Positions 1 to 13,294 of a stretch of DNA of 64,000 bases are shown here, in pieces. The DNA is from Octopus sinensis (Eukaryota): the NCBI RefSeq assembly GCF_006345805.1, contig NC_043000.1:37510001-37574000 (forward strand), in the 5' to 3' direction. Under the pieces are notes generated by a model. That model was not told the origin of the DNA. It was given only the letters and a program-made list of their open reading frames with translations, and did no database searches. How positions within the stretch are numbered: position 1 is the stretch's first letter; each line of letters starts with the position of its first letter. The position numbers and the translations under genes are program-made.

Positions 1-399
1 CAGGGAGATAAATACCTGCCCTCTCCAGTACTAAGGCTACTAAATCACATGACTTCAACCTTCTTTGGTCTTGTTGATGATGGATGTTCAACTGTTAGAA
101 ATAGCAGTGACTCATCTCCCCACCAGCAATACATAAAAAAAAAACAGAGTCAGGACAAGCATTGGTGCCACAGTACATTTTGCACCAAAAGACAATATGA
201 GAAACTGTTGTAATAGAACATCCACATTTAAGTAGGGGTGAGTATTACCTTTCAGCAAATGTTACATCAGAGATGCTATGCTGGTTGCTGTTTTCATTGA
301 TACTGCCTAAGTCAACTTCAGTGGAATCATTAAACTAAGCAGTCGTGTTTCTGCAGTATCTCTTCTATTTCTTTTATGTCATTAAAGAAAAATGCTGTT

Positions 400-1240
400 A
401 TCTTTCAGTAGATCAATGGGTGAAACAGTGATGTTACTTTTATTGGCAAATGATTAAAATACTTTTGGTTATTATTTTTATTTTAATGAACCAATCCTCC
501 TTTGTGGTTATTTGAATGATGTAAATTTTCATAAAGGTTTGTAGATGACATTCTTGCTACTCAAGTGTTCATGTTGCTTTTGTGGGTTCTGTTGGTGGTA
601 ATAATTTAGTTGATCAATATATTTGTTTTAACATTTGATTTTCCTGATGAGGCTTTTGTGTCCCTTTTTGGAACCTGTATCTGTTTGTGCTGATGAATGG
701 GAACATGTGTTGCGGACTATGTACATAAACTTTTGACTAGTTGCTTTGATGACAAAGGAAGAGTGGATAATTGATCTGTTAGTAAGCTATAAGATCGAGT
801 CTAATTGCTTCCCAATCTGTTCTATGCAGAATCATTTTAAATACGTGTGCAAGGCATCCAGTTGACATGAAGTTTTGCACACCTATTTGACAATATATGA
901 ACCTGCACAAAGTTATTGGTTTAGTTCTGGTATATAAGAGACTAACATTGCAGAGTATCATGTCATAGTTAGAAAGGAAAGTTTTTTCCCATGAGATATT
1001 ATGGATAATACTAGAGTGTTTGGTTATTACTTGACAGAACTGTTATTATAGCACCATTAGTTTGGGTGTATGAGTTGTTAATTTAGAGATTTCAAAAGGT
1101 CTTTCAGCAGTTAGCTTTTAATAAAATAGCATACTTGAGTAAAAAAAACAAAACAATACCATCTTTTGGTAGCATTTTAATATTGTGACTAGTGCATTGT
1201 TTGTTCAGCCTTGTAATCCAATCATAAACAGTCCAGCCTA
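400..1240 (-). mobile_element. Heavily decayed Penelope-like element fragment (RT C-terminus to GIY-YIG region), tentative
   Basis: Minus-strand translation gives broken peptides: LLKDLLKSLN (RT thumb-like), then SKNVIY and FYIIQI, resembling the NVIY...YIGQT halves of a Penelope GIY-YIG endonuclease. Many stops and frameshifts; boundaries approximate. Confidence 0.35.
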
Positions 1241-2148
1241 GGGCAAAATTTTGAACAATCTGTCAACTTTTGATATATTAAACTTTAAAAAATTCAATTA
1301 CTGATTTAAGTTTCTTGTCAGTTCTGTATGTATTATTTGGTCATGTATTATAATGAAATGCTTTATTGTTCTTTTTATGTAAGTGATAAATCATTAAAAC
1401 AACATGATAACCTTAAAATAAAGTCATTAAATTATCCTATGTCATGACCTATGTGATATATTTTAAGTAGCAATAATAAAAGAAAATCTTTATAGGCAAA
1501 GCATAGCTGTATTTACTATATCTAACTTTATATAGTAAATATTTTTTGCTTTTAATTTGAAAATGGGAAGTGTTTATAATTTTTTACTTTTATCCTTTAT
1601 TTGTTGTACTTTGAAGTATATACTTCTTAATTTTTAAAATAGATAATTAATCAATCATTAAATACAAAATCTTGCATTAATCTTCATTTACCTTTTTAAA
1701 AAATCAATTTATTATAAGAGGTATTGATTTTTAAAAGAAATCTATAGAAATTTTATGACATTTTGTACAGAAGATTTTTGCAATAGTGGATAAAGAAATA
1801 TCTTAAAAAGTCAAAAGATTAAAAAAAGAAATTTAACGTCTTATGATTTGGAATGTAAAAAATTCAAATAGAATTAATCAAAATTGCAGCAGCCTTATTC
1901 ACAGATGGACTTATACAAAAGTTAAAAATAATTTATCAAAGAATAAAAGAATTTATAAAACTCAATAGCACCATTAATTTTTAATAATTTACTATTCAAG
2001 ATAAGTTCCTCACTATGGGAATTATACTAGAGGGGATGTTTGGAACTTCTCCAAGCATGCTTTCTCAATTAAGGCTATTCTGAGAGTAAACAACTTATAC
2101 TAAATTTGCTTTCATCAGCCGAGTTGTACTTGCAAGAAGTTTTGCTTA

Positions 2149-2686
2149 CATGGTGGTATCAAAAAGTTTGTGGACTAGTTCTGTGGCATGCCAACAGATG
2201 GCAGCATATGGTTGCATGCACAGTGAAAGCTAGAAGTGACTTTCATGAAACAGGGTGACAAATGACATTGCTGTGTTTACTTTGCAAGTTGTGAAATTTG
2301 TTTTTGTGATCACATGTATGCTGTAGTCTGCAATTTTGTTATGGACAAGAAGTTGGAACAAAGAGCCAATGTGAAATTTTGCGTTAAACTTGGGAAGTCT
2401 GTTCCAGAGACTTTGAGCATGCTTTGACAAGCTTACAGCAATGAGGCAATGGGCTTTACACAATGTTTCAAGTGGCATGGGTACTTCAAAAGTGGAAGAC
2501 TGTTCTTGGAAGACGATGAGCAATCTCGACTTCCAGGCTAGATTCCAAAAGTGGCAGGAATGCTGGAACTGGTGTATTGCTGAGCAAGGAGACTATTTCG
2601 AAGGAGATGATGTTAAAACTTAGGTATATAGGTTATTTTTTTTTATTAAACATAATTAGTCAGGGAACTTTTTGATACCACCTATG
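2149..2686 (+). mobile_element. Internally deleted mariner (Tc1/mariner) element, about 540 bp
   Basis: TIRs ggtggtatcaaaaagtt (2152-2168) and aactttttgataccacc (2666-2682), with TA at the left end. Encodes the transposase N-terminus LEQRANVKFCVKLGKS...KSGRLFLEDDEQ joined directly to the C-terminus DFQARFQKWQECWNWCIAEQGDYFEGD. Confidence 0.9.
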
Positions 2687-3729
2687 ACTAATTCTTTGTC
2701 TCAGTTTTGAGCTAGAGAAAATCATATTTCTGAAATATATTAGTTCTGCTTTAAGCAGAACTGATGTCAGGATTTTATAAAAACAGAAACAACAAGGATA
2801 AATTTGCAATTGACTTTGGTAATGTCTACAGTATAAAATTATACATATGGCTGTAGCAATATTTTCTAAATGAGATAGAAATTGCAAACCCTTTGCAGCA
2901 AATTTATAAAGTATTAAAATCAGTCTTAATTACCCAGTTTAAACTTCATATTAAAGCAGTCCGAGTTTAAATTTCATTCACATTATAAATTTTCCATCTC
3001 TTTAGTATCAATGAAATAAGTGCAGGTAATCCTTGCATTACAAAATTCAATGTTCTTGAAAATCTGGCTGAAATGTACATTCCAAAATGTGAAATCTACA
3101 CTCTTATTGATTTTAAAGTTATGAAGTTAAGATGTATTGTGATGGAATTTTCTTGGGAAAACAATAAAAACATAATATAATCATGTTCATGGATGAAAAT
3201 ATAGGTGTTAAACACGTCTAGTACAATATATATTCATAAAAAGAACATTTCATTAGGGAATACATAAGAATATAGTAATACTTCACAAAAACATTAGTTT
3301 CATTAACATTGTACACTTGTTCTAGTGTATACGTTTCATCAGTAATCTGCTTTCCCTTCAACTTCTCAGGAGAATTAGAATCAAGATTTCTGTCAGCACT
3401 GGCACCTCATAAACCGTTTAAAGATGATTTTACAAGCAGAAAAAGAAGAAAAAATGTTTTGCATCAAACATTTTTACACTTTCCATGTTCTGTAAATCAT
3501 CATACAAATTTGTAGCTTTTGCTACAATAACCATCATGTTTATCAGCACAATTCATAATATTTGATTGCTGAGCTACATGTTGAAGAGCCATTGCATTTA
3601 AACATTACTTCAGATCTATTAAAATGCAATGTCCAAACATTCAATAGAATAGCAGCTTGACTACTCAACCTAATATTATCTGCATTGTCCCCACTATTGA
3701 CATTGCAAACTTTAATGATTTTGCAATAT

Positions 3730-4002
3730 GGCTGGACTGGCAGAATCGTTAAAGCGTCAGACAAAACTGCTTTGCCGTATTTGTACCAGTTCCTTATGTT
3801 ATGAGTTCAAATCTCAGAAACATTAGCATGCCGGGCGAAATGCTTAGTGTTATTTTGTCTGAGTTCAAATTCTGCTGAGGTCAACTTTGCCTTTCACCCA
3901 TCAGGGGCAATAAATTAAGTACCTGTTGCATACTTGGGTGAACCTAATTGACTGGCTCCTTCCCCAAAATTTTAGGCATTGTGCCTAGAGTAGAAAAGAA
4001 TA
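3730..4002 (+). mobile_element. SINE, family B, with two tandem head segments
   Basis: Head ggcagaatcgttaaagcgtcag...gagttcaaatc is followed at about 3815 by a second head cagaaacattagcatgccgggcgaaatgctt...gagttcaaattc, then the body ggtcaactttgcctttcaccc...aaattaagtacc. The body is shared with copies at 6617 and 28538. Confidence 0.75.
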
Positions 4003-5543
4003 TAGCTGAGATTTGTAAAACATCGTGTTTAACATTCAATGTAATCTGTTTATGACTTCTTTTTGCTCTGCAAGTTTTTTGGGTTTTTTTTATGATTACC
4101 TCCTCTCATCTTATAGAAGGGCAGTGTACTTTACCTTATACGTTTTTTTAAAATCCAATAATTGTAGTAATAGAAAAGAAATTCACACCAAAGAATAAAA
4201 CTGTCGAATTCAAACCAAGTATTGATACTCTATGTCAGCAAAAAGAAAGGTTGTCTTATTACTTTAAATGCAAAAATATAAGAAAATGAGAGGAAGGAAG
4301 TGGGAGGAAACATTGTTTGATTCAAGTTAGTTGCAAGACCTAGGTTAGTTTAATTGGTGCACACACATTGCGAGAAGATACTGAGGAGAGAGTGAGTAAG
4401 TACTGGCAAATATGTTTAGATCAATAAAAAATAGGTCAGTTGAATTTATACATGTACAAACAAGGTAGGAGCAGAGGAAGAGTTATGCAGATGCTAGTAA
4501 AATACAAAAAATTATGTTCCTCTTTTACATTTATCAAAATTTTCTTGAGTTTCCTTAAAACATAGAATTTCTGGTGATATCCTAAAATTAATGGTCATAT
4601 TTTACAATTTTTGTTGGTGCAAAATTCTGTAACCATGTCTCTATAATGCAGGAGATGCCTGTACTTGTAGCATATTAGGCTAGTTGAGTCTTTGTGTTAC
4701 TAAAGGTTCGTATGCTCTATTCATTTTGTATTTATTTAGGAGAAATTGAAACATAATTTTATAGTTTATTTTAAATTAAGAACATAATTATCTTTGAAAT
4801 GGTTTTATTTGAAGCTAATTGTGTATATATTTACATGGATATCATAGCTTAGATGGAATATTTTTACTATAATCTCTCCCAGCGGTTTTTATATGCACTT
4901 AAAACTTAAATATAAAAGAAATATGATAGAGCATTGTTCTTTCATATTCTCCTAATTAACTCTTTACTAATTGTCATTGATGAGGCGCTATTTTCAACTT
5001 TCTTTACCTATGCCATGATATATTTCATATCTTCCCTTTTTATTCTAACACCTCCCGTTTTCAAAAGATAAAGACAATATTAAAATATTTAAATTAAATA
5101 ATGATGACTACAAATTAACACAAACTGGGAGTGTTTTAAATATGAAAAGAGTTAATTTCAACTTCTACTTCATAGTTAATTAGCTAAATAGAAGTGTGGA
5201 TAGTATCCATTCATAAAAAAGCTTCCCAAGTAATTAATTATACACTGGCTTTAAAAACAAACAATATTGAAAGCAATCTCTCTCTGTCTCTCTCTCCCTC
5301 TCTGTTGATATATATATATATATATACGTACAGGGTAAGCCAAAAGTCACGCACCAAAATATTTCATCTTTTACTTATATTACATTATCATAATCATTTA
5401 TTTTGTTTGTCTTGTACAAGTATATGTGTATTCATCATTTTTATTTATTTCATTCAGTTTTAGAAAAATTGAAGCATGTCTTTATCAATTTTGGAGTGTA
5501 TTGAACTTATTTTGTATGTGACTTTTGGCCCACTCTGTACACA

Positions 5544-5544
<1 letters not shown>

Positions 5545-5588
<44 letters not shown>
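5545..5588. repeat. (AC)n microsatellite
   Basis: Direct reading. Confidence 0.95.
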
Positions 5589-5590
<2 letters not shown>

Positions 5591-6616
5591 TCTCCAAAGC
5601 ACACACAATGTTTTGCCAAAAACAAAATGTTCTAGATATTTGTTCCCCTCCCAATTCACATCCAAACAAAAATTTCAAAACACATGTAACTCCTTGCACT
5701 TTCTCATTTAGATATATTAGTATCTTTTCAATATTGATTATGATATAATGTTTCTTAATGGACCTTTATAGTCTAAAAAAATTATTCTCCATCTATAAAT
5801 CATGTCCCTCAGAAGTCTAAATGAATCATCTTAAAGTGGCTTGAAAGACAAAATCATACTGCATCTAGGCAAATATAGGATAGAAAATTTCATATTGGAG
5901 CTGACAATCAGTTTTTTTACTCTATATTTAAGAGGGCATTCTTGAACCTTGTGATTGCATCTCCATTAATTTGGCAATTATTATTGTATGCCACTATTTA
6001 AATGTAAATAACTGTAATTTGCATCCCAATTCATCTCAAACTTCTGCTATTTGTATCACAGTTTTTTTCCCATCATAGTACACATAATAAATCACTTCTA
6101 TTGCAAACTTCATTTAAACTCTCTTTTCTTTTCTGTCTCTACAACCTTTAAGGATAATAATTCTTTAACTCGGGAAATAAAATATCTAGCCCTTATAAAA
6201 TTCTAACTTTTACCCAAAACTTTCTGTGATGGTACCAATGATATGGCAACTATTTTATCTCCTGCCTAAGTTCACCCAAATCAAAAAGGTTACAACTTTA
6301 TTATTTGGATTAACAACTTACAAGTTATTGCCTGATATTATTAATAACTTGTGTAATTACTTTTCTTGGGTCTCCTAAAATTTTGATACAGCTAAAGCTT
6401 CACAATGGAAAATGAATATTCTCTTAAGAGTGAAATAAAGTAATCTTGGTTTAAAAGTACGCTTATACTTCAAAGTATTTAATATTCCCTATAACATGAA
6501 ATTTATAATTTCTATTTTCATTTATTAGACCTTTTTTCACCAAAATGTATTTCAGCTGATCAAAATTCTCTATGCCAGCTGCAGACTTAACAATTGCAAA
6601 ACTATGATTCCACACT

Positions 6617-6828
6617 AAGATAGCAGGCTGGCAGAATCATTAGCATGCTGGGCAAGATGCTTAGCATTTTGTCCACCTTTACATTCTGAATTTACATTCT
6701 GACATGGTCGACTTAGCTTTTCATCCTTTTGGGGTTGATAAAACAAGTACCAGTTGATCACTGGGGGTCAATGTAATCGACATGCCCTCCTGCCAGCAAA
6801 ATTGTTTGCCTTGTGCTAAAATTTAAAG
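6617..6828 (+). mobile_element. SINE, family B
   Basis: ggcagaatcattagcatgctgggcaagatgcttag...ggtcgacttagcttttcatccttttggggttgataaaacaagtaccagttg...ctgggggtcaatgtaatcgac; aligns with 3815-4002. Confidence 0.8.
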
Positions 6829-7060
6829 CCAAAAGCTGTTCCACACTTGAGCAGTGTTGTTTCTCTGTCCTTGAGAAAAGGGCTTAGTTTTAATTATATA
6901 TTTCTGTCAAAATCTTACAATGTTCACATAGTAAAGGTTGAGAAGGCAGCTCTGGCATATGGGCAAACTAGGAGAATATTTGCTTTAAGTCAATAAATTG
7001 CAGAATGAATAACTCTATCTAGAATGATGGAAACATGCATACAGATGCACACATGTGTGC

Positions 7061-7093
<33 letters not shown>

Positions 7094-8051
7094 CCAGAGT
7101 ACCAATTCCAATCCAATTTTTTATTTTATACATTTTTAAATGCTTCAATGAATACTGTCATCTTCAGTGGGAATATGGCAAATTAATGACAAGAAGAGTA
7201 TGAGATCAGTATCACATACCATTTTGAGAATTTAGAAATTGTGAGAGATGAGAGTTGATATTCAGAGAAACCTGATATTCTGGCCTTTGTTTGATAATGT
7301 TGTGTATGATAAAGAAAATACTTCTTCAAAACAATGAGCACATGACTCTGCTATCATTTATTCACATATTATTTAGTGTACTCCTGCTGAAGATTCCAGT
7401 GTGCCACCATACAAAACTCTGTACCATAAAGATTAGAAATCATTCCTTATTTCATATACATATGTATATATTAACTGACATCACACTGTTTCACTACAAA
7501 TATTTTCTCAACACTAATGGGTTTTTCTATGAAAAACATTTAAACATACACTGTATATAAATTTCTTTTTATGTACACACATGCAAACAATTATGGTTGA
7601 TTGAATATATATACATAAACACAATCATTGCATTCCTATACAACTGCATATACACATATCTAATAATACATAGATGCATACACACACACACGCACATATA
7701 TATATATATCATGAAAAAAAGGTTTAGCCAAGAATATTTGCTTGATATTAAGTCCAGGAATATTTTCCCATTTAAAATTCATAAAATAATTGCTTTAAAA
7801 CTTGTTCCTTGATATTTGGTCTTTAATTTTAAATATTTTTTCAGCAACTTGCATGGTATTTTAATTGCTATTGCTATCTTTGTAATGGCTAACACTTTCT
7901 AATTTTTCATGCTCCAGTATGCTTCATTGTCGTCTTAATTAGTGCATTGGATATTTGACAGTTTTGGTTTATACCGTGCTTTCTGTGTGTTTTGAAATCA
8001 GTGTTTCATAAGTCAATATTTCAAGCATGTCATGTGTTACTAAGATGCCAT

Positions 8052-8053
<2 letters not shown>

Positions 8054-8135
<82 letters not shown>

Positions 8136-8175
8136 CACGCACACGCACACACACACACACATATACACACACACA
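8054..8175. repeat. Long (AC)n microsatellite
   Basis: Direct reading; source of the poly-HT ORFs. Confidence 0.95.
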
Positions 8176-8811
8176 AGCATACATGCATACACACAAGCAT
8201 TTATCATATTAACTCATCATGCACCCTCTTTCTCGCTCAAACACGTACACACACACACATGTACACACACATATATTATGCACACATGTGTGTGTTTGTG
8301 TGTGGGTATATATATTTTCTATGTAGTAGTGGCAGTGTTAGTTGTAGCAGTAGTTAATATGTATTATTTGCATTCTAATAAAAGAAATTTGAAAAAATTA
8401 ACTGGAATGATAAAAGTCTAGTTGAAATTTGATTAAATAAATTATTTATTTCAAAGAAATATCATTTATGATTGACTAAGTTATCTTATCTATTTCATTT
8501 TAATTGAGTGAAAAAACTTAGCCAACAATTTAAGTGATATGAAATATTAGACTAAATTTATTACAATTTATTTGAACAATATGTATCATTCATTATTAGT
8601 TACAATCAAAAGCAATTCAACAAGGAAATTCTGCAAAATATTAATAATAAATTATGAATGTTATATGATATTGACATAAAAAAATTCAGTTAGATATAAA
8701 ACATTTATTTGAAAATGAATTACAGAAATTACAGTCATAAATTATCAAAATAATTTATTACTGAAAAACAGAAGTGTGCAGAATATACATATGTATACGG
8801 AATATACATAC

Positions 8812-8883
<72 letters not shown>

Positions 8884-9135
8884 TACATGTCTGTATGGTA
8901 TGTATGTATGTATGTGTGTGTGTGTGTACATACATACACATATAAATATAGACTGATATACTTATTTAGCACTGATAGTCAGAAGAAAGATTACAATACC
9001 ATTGTAGAAATTAATAATATTTTTATTTTAGTCAGATCAGTCTCTTGGGTCTCTATAAATACACAGGGTCTTAATCTGTGTGCAGTAAGATCCTGTGTAA
9101 CAACAAAGACCCACAGACACCCAAGAGACTGACTC

Positions 9136-9136
9136 A

Positions 9137-9169
<33 letters not shown>

Positions 9170-9215
9170 CATAATATATATATATATATATACACTCACA
9201 CACATATATATATAT

Positions 9216-9285
<70 letters not shown>

Positions 9286-9345
9286 ATATATATATATGAA
9301 TATATGTATGCATATATATATATACACATATATATATATATATAT

Positions 9346-9432
<87 letters not shown>
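9136..9432. repeat. Compound (AC)/(TA)/(TG) microsatellite
   Basis: Direct reading; source of the poly-IY ORFs. Confidence 0.95.
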
Positions 9433-9434
<2 letters not shown>

Positions 9435-11140
9435 AATGTATTGCTAATCTTAAATATACATTTAGATATGTTTCTGCCAATATTGGTCAAGGTGTTATCT
9501 AACTTGATAACACTACTTTGTAAATTTCTGTAAGTCATAATTATGTCATGTTTCATGTCACCATAGGCCATTCAAGCATCAGGCTGTTGCTGGTTAAAAT
9601 ATACTTAGGTATTATGTTTTTTATTTGGAATTCCTCTGAGGAATTTTTCACAGGTACCATTTGAAGGCTATGGTGATTTTGTGCTTTAATTTGTTTCAGC
9701 TTAATGTTAAATAAAGTCGAGCTTGTTGAGGCAAAATTGTTGAGTTACTCTGTGTTAATGTGATGTGTGTCTGATTTCAATAAGAGGCATGTAACACGAA
9801 GTCCAACCTTGGTTGGTTTTTAAACTTGATCAACATAGTTCAGATGATGTTCCATTTATGGCAGTCTTCAGGAAATTGAGCCTGAGTGATTTAAAACAAT
9901 CCCAGTAATCAAAGCCTGATATATCATTTATTTTTATTATTTTGAAATTGCCTTCTAAGGTGCCTCAATTCTCATGATATTATATTTAGTGTAGGTTGAC
10001 TACATTGAGGAAACAGAATTCCAAGTTTTACTTAACAAAAGATAAGTAAAACAATTATGGTTACATTTGTTCTTGGGACCAAAATGTTCTAAGGATCCAG
10101 GAGTTCTGAGTCATATCAACTTTGTTGTTAGTGAGCAATTTTCTCAATGGAAGAAAATATGTTTAAGTACTCAGAGTACATCAAATTTTATCCTCATTTA
10201 ACAATTTTTTTTTCTCATCCATTGGCTTACAATTAGACTTCACTGGAGTTTTATTTGGTCATCTTCTCCTTTGATAATAAGTGCCATCCTTGAATATTTT
10301 TGTTTGATTGTATTAAAACATATTTGCGGTGTTTATCTCCTTTATGACATTTATACATACTATAAATTTATATATACTTGGAAGATGTCACTGGTGACTT
10401 TTTGGAGCTTGAGTGGATTCCATCTGCCAATAAAATTACTGGGTACCTGGAAATATTTAACCTAGTACAGCAGCTTTCCAATGACTCCATTGTTCAATTA
10501 TTTTAAGAGCAGAATGTTGTGATCATCTTAGATGGCCTTACTTGTGAAGATAAGACATTGGTGTTTGAGTATTCTTTAAAAATTTGTAGAGTGGCAATAA
10601 AGTTATGCAGATGTGTTGAGCAGCCACATCCTTAGCGAAATCCATGTTGGTTGGAATTTGTTACTCTCCAAGAAGTCAGTTATTCTTGATCTTATTAGCA
10701 CTTTTAATATTTTAGCAATATGAAATATAAAATAAAATAGTGTGATAGTTAACTGCAAGAGATCTGTTTGCCTTTTATAAAGACTGAGGTGACAAATTAG
10801 GGAAGGGGACGTTTCAGTGTATAGCCAATTTCTAGTGACTTTCTCCACAGATTAGTGAAAGAAAATTTAATTTAGTGGTAATATACCTTCAGGCCACTAA
10901 CACTAACTGCAACATGGTATTTATTTTCCTTCATTGGGGTGATAGAGTCAAGGATACCCTAAATTATACTAGAGTAGTATGTTTGTAGTTCTTAAGTCTA
11001 GCTCTGTGTATCATGATAGAGAGAGTACTATTGCTCATGCCTCATACAAATACATGTGTATACACACATATATATGTATACATATATACACATATGCACC
11101 TATATAGGTATATGTGTACATATGTGTATATATATGTGTT

Positions 11141-11215
<75 letters not shown>

Positions 11216-11260
11216 TATATGTGAACATGTGTATATGTGTGTATTTATATATCTATATAT

Positions 11261-11635
11261 AGCGAGAAGTTGAGGTTATAAGAGATAATGGTGTCATTGA
11301 GACCCAAAGGTGTCAGGTAATGCTGAATAAGTGCTATAGACAGACAATAGTTAAGTTCCAGATTCAGTAATATTGTGAATAAAGGGTTCAACGTTGGTTC
11401 TATGTCAGTGAGTGTATATAAGAATTTTTTGCGTAATAAAATAAAAAACCAAAGCTGTGTAGATATTAGAGCATTTATAGATAGGTCTTACAGCTGTTTT
11501 TCACACCGTCTCTGATGAAGGGATATTATTAATAAATATCCTAGAAATAGCTGTAAGACCTTCTATTTATAAATGGTCTAATATCTACACAGCCTTAGTT
11601 TTTTATCTTATTATGCAAAAAATTCTTATATATAA
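11261..11635. mobile_element. TA-embedded asymmetric inverted-repeat element with a hammerhead motif (Penelope pseudo-LTR-like)
   Basis: Left arm about 11415-11500 is the reverse complement of right arm about 11544-11632 (tatataagaattttttgc...ctgtgtagatattaga...ggtcttacagctgttt versus gaaatagctgtaagacc...tctaatatctacacag...gcaaaaaattcttatata). The left copy continues to about 11261, where it abuts a TA tract. Confidence 0.75.
11508..11559 (+). ncRNA. Minimal type I hammerhead ribozyme motif (family 1)
   Basis: GTCT-CTGATGA-A-GGGATATT-(ATTAATA)-AATATCCT-A-GAA-ATAGCTGT-A-AGAC. Stem I is GTCT/AGAC, stem II is 8 bp, stem III is near-palindromic (ACAGCTGT in the inverted arm), and the triplet is GUA with predicted cleavage after 11555. 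Confidence 0.7.
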
Positions 11636-11640
11636 ATATA

Positions 11641-11855
11641 AAATACAAAAATGAGACAAGAACACAAAACATCCAGACAGTTAGGTGAAACAAAAAAAGG
11701 GAAAACAAAATATCCAGACAAATTATACAAGGAAAACAAGGACGGATCATTCGGAGTTTTCTTTCCTCAGTCGAGTTCCAGATTATCCTTGCAATTTCGG
11801 TTGGTTATACTCGATATTGCTCCAATCTGGCCAGCCCCAAGGGAAAATAAACTAG
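11641..11855 (-). repeat. About 215-bp TA-flanked interspersed repeat, class unknown
   Basis: Discrete CpG-containing block bounded by TA-rich sequence on both sides, with an internal duplicated aaaa(c/t)atccagaca motif. No supported ORF. Confidence 0.5.
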
Positions 11856-11888
<33 letters not shown>

Positions 11889-12559
11889 TACATGTGTGTG
11901 TATATATGTGTATATATATGTATGTGTGTTTGCATGTGTAATTATATTATGGTCCTGAAAGGCTAGAAAATCAGAGTATTTCAATGTAGCTCTTAACCCA
12001 AGCTTGAGTTTATCAGCACTCTTGGATCTCAAGGAAGATCAGAATTGGTGAGAATATTACTGTTGGTTTGATGCCAACTATTGCTCTTTGGCAATATTGA
12101 TGACTCTTCAGACCTACTGACTGGAAGTATGTAGCCTTTTTGATGCTTGAGGTATATATAGATACCGGGTGGCTTAGTGTTGGTAAAAAGAAAAGGAACA
12201 AAACAGTGAAAAATTTTACCATTTTTCTAGGAGGAAGAGTTATTTCCCAGGATTGGTGTTAGCCATAGGTGAAGTGTGTAAGTTGTGTTTATTAAGTGCT
12301 ATTCCTTAGTCTAAAAATGGGTATGACCACGCTACCAAAACAAATTCCTGCTCATGTGGGTAGTATCTAAAATTTTGTGTTTTGAGTTTTAGAAGCTGCC
12401 CAGATCCTCTTTTTAGAATCCAAGATAGATGCACTGTTATAACTACAGTCAGCTAGTATGCCACAATTAAAAGAGGAAGTAATAATATGCAAGCTCACCT
12501 AGTAGTTGCTGGAATGGCTTGGTTCTTATATGAATGAATGTAGATAAAGCAGGCTCTGC

Positions 12560-13294
12560 TAAGCAAGGAGGAGTTTCATTCTAAGAAAATTTACACAATT
12601 TGTGTATTCTCCAAACCTCAAACATGAAATTTTTGGATGCTGCTCTCATTTACAGGAATTTTCATTGGTGTTACTTTTAGATTAGAGAATGGCATATGTG
12701 TGTATGTGAAAGAGTCATACTTGCACCAAAGAATGAAACTGTCCAGGTTGTCAATTGGAAACTTACGCAATAAATCAATATTAAGGAAAAAAGCTATTTC
12801 TCAATTGATACTGTTGTAGACTCCAATGAGACTGTGAATTATCCTACTGAGTTTCTTAACTCTTTGGATCCTCCTGGAATACCTTCTCACAAATTGACAT
12901 TGAAGAAAGGAATTCCAATCATACTTGTTAGAAATCTTGATCTGCCAAAGCTGTGCAATGGAACATGACTGATTGTCAGGCAAATGCATCCACATCTTTT
13001 TGAAGCAACAATCTTCAATGGACAAGAAAAGGGAAAATATGTGTTTATTCCAAGAATTCCATGCCCTTTGAATTCAAGAGACCTCAATTTTCAGAAAGAG
13101 TGAGTTTTGCAATGTCAATTAACAAGGGTCAAGGGCTATCACTGAAAATTGTTGGACTTCATCTCATGCAGCAGTGCTTTTCCCATGGTCAGCTCTATAT
13201 TAGTTATTCCAGAACTGGAAATGGCAACAATCTCTTCGTACTCACACCAAATGGTAAAACCAAGAATATTGTTTATTGTGCTGTTTTACAGTGA
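12560..13294 (+). mobile_element. Helitron RepHel C-terminal PIF1-family helicase fragment (pseudogenised)
   Basis: Translation across frameshifts: CERVILAPKNETV...[60 protein letters not shown]...FIPRIP/MPFEFKRPQF...FAMSINKGQGLSLKIVGLHL...FSHGQLYISYSR...TKNIVY. These are diagnostic Helitron helicase motifs. Confidence 0.92.

Noticed and set aside
1040-1075. YTQTNG resembling the retroviral integrase YHPQTNG motif
   Set aside because: No other integrase motifs in frame; the surrounding remnants fit a Penelope-like element better.
9550-9575. Minus-strand ORF start MAYGDM resembling the K-channel pore GYGDM
   Set aside because: It is on the opposite strand to the Shal exon, has a stop immediately upstream, lacks the TTLG context and runs into a microsatellite; treated as coincidence.
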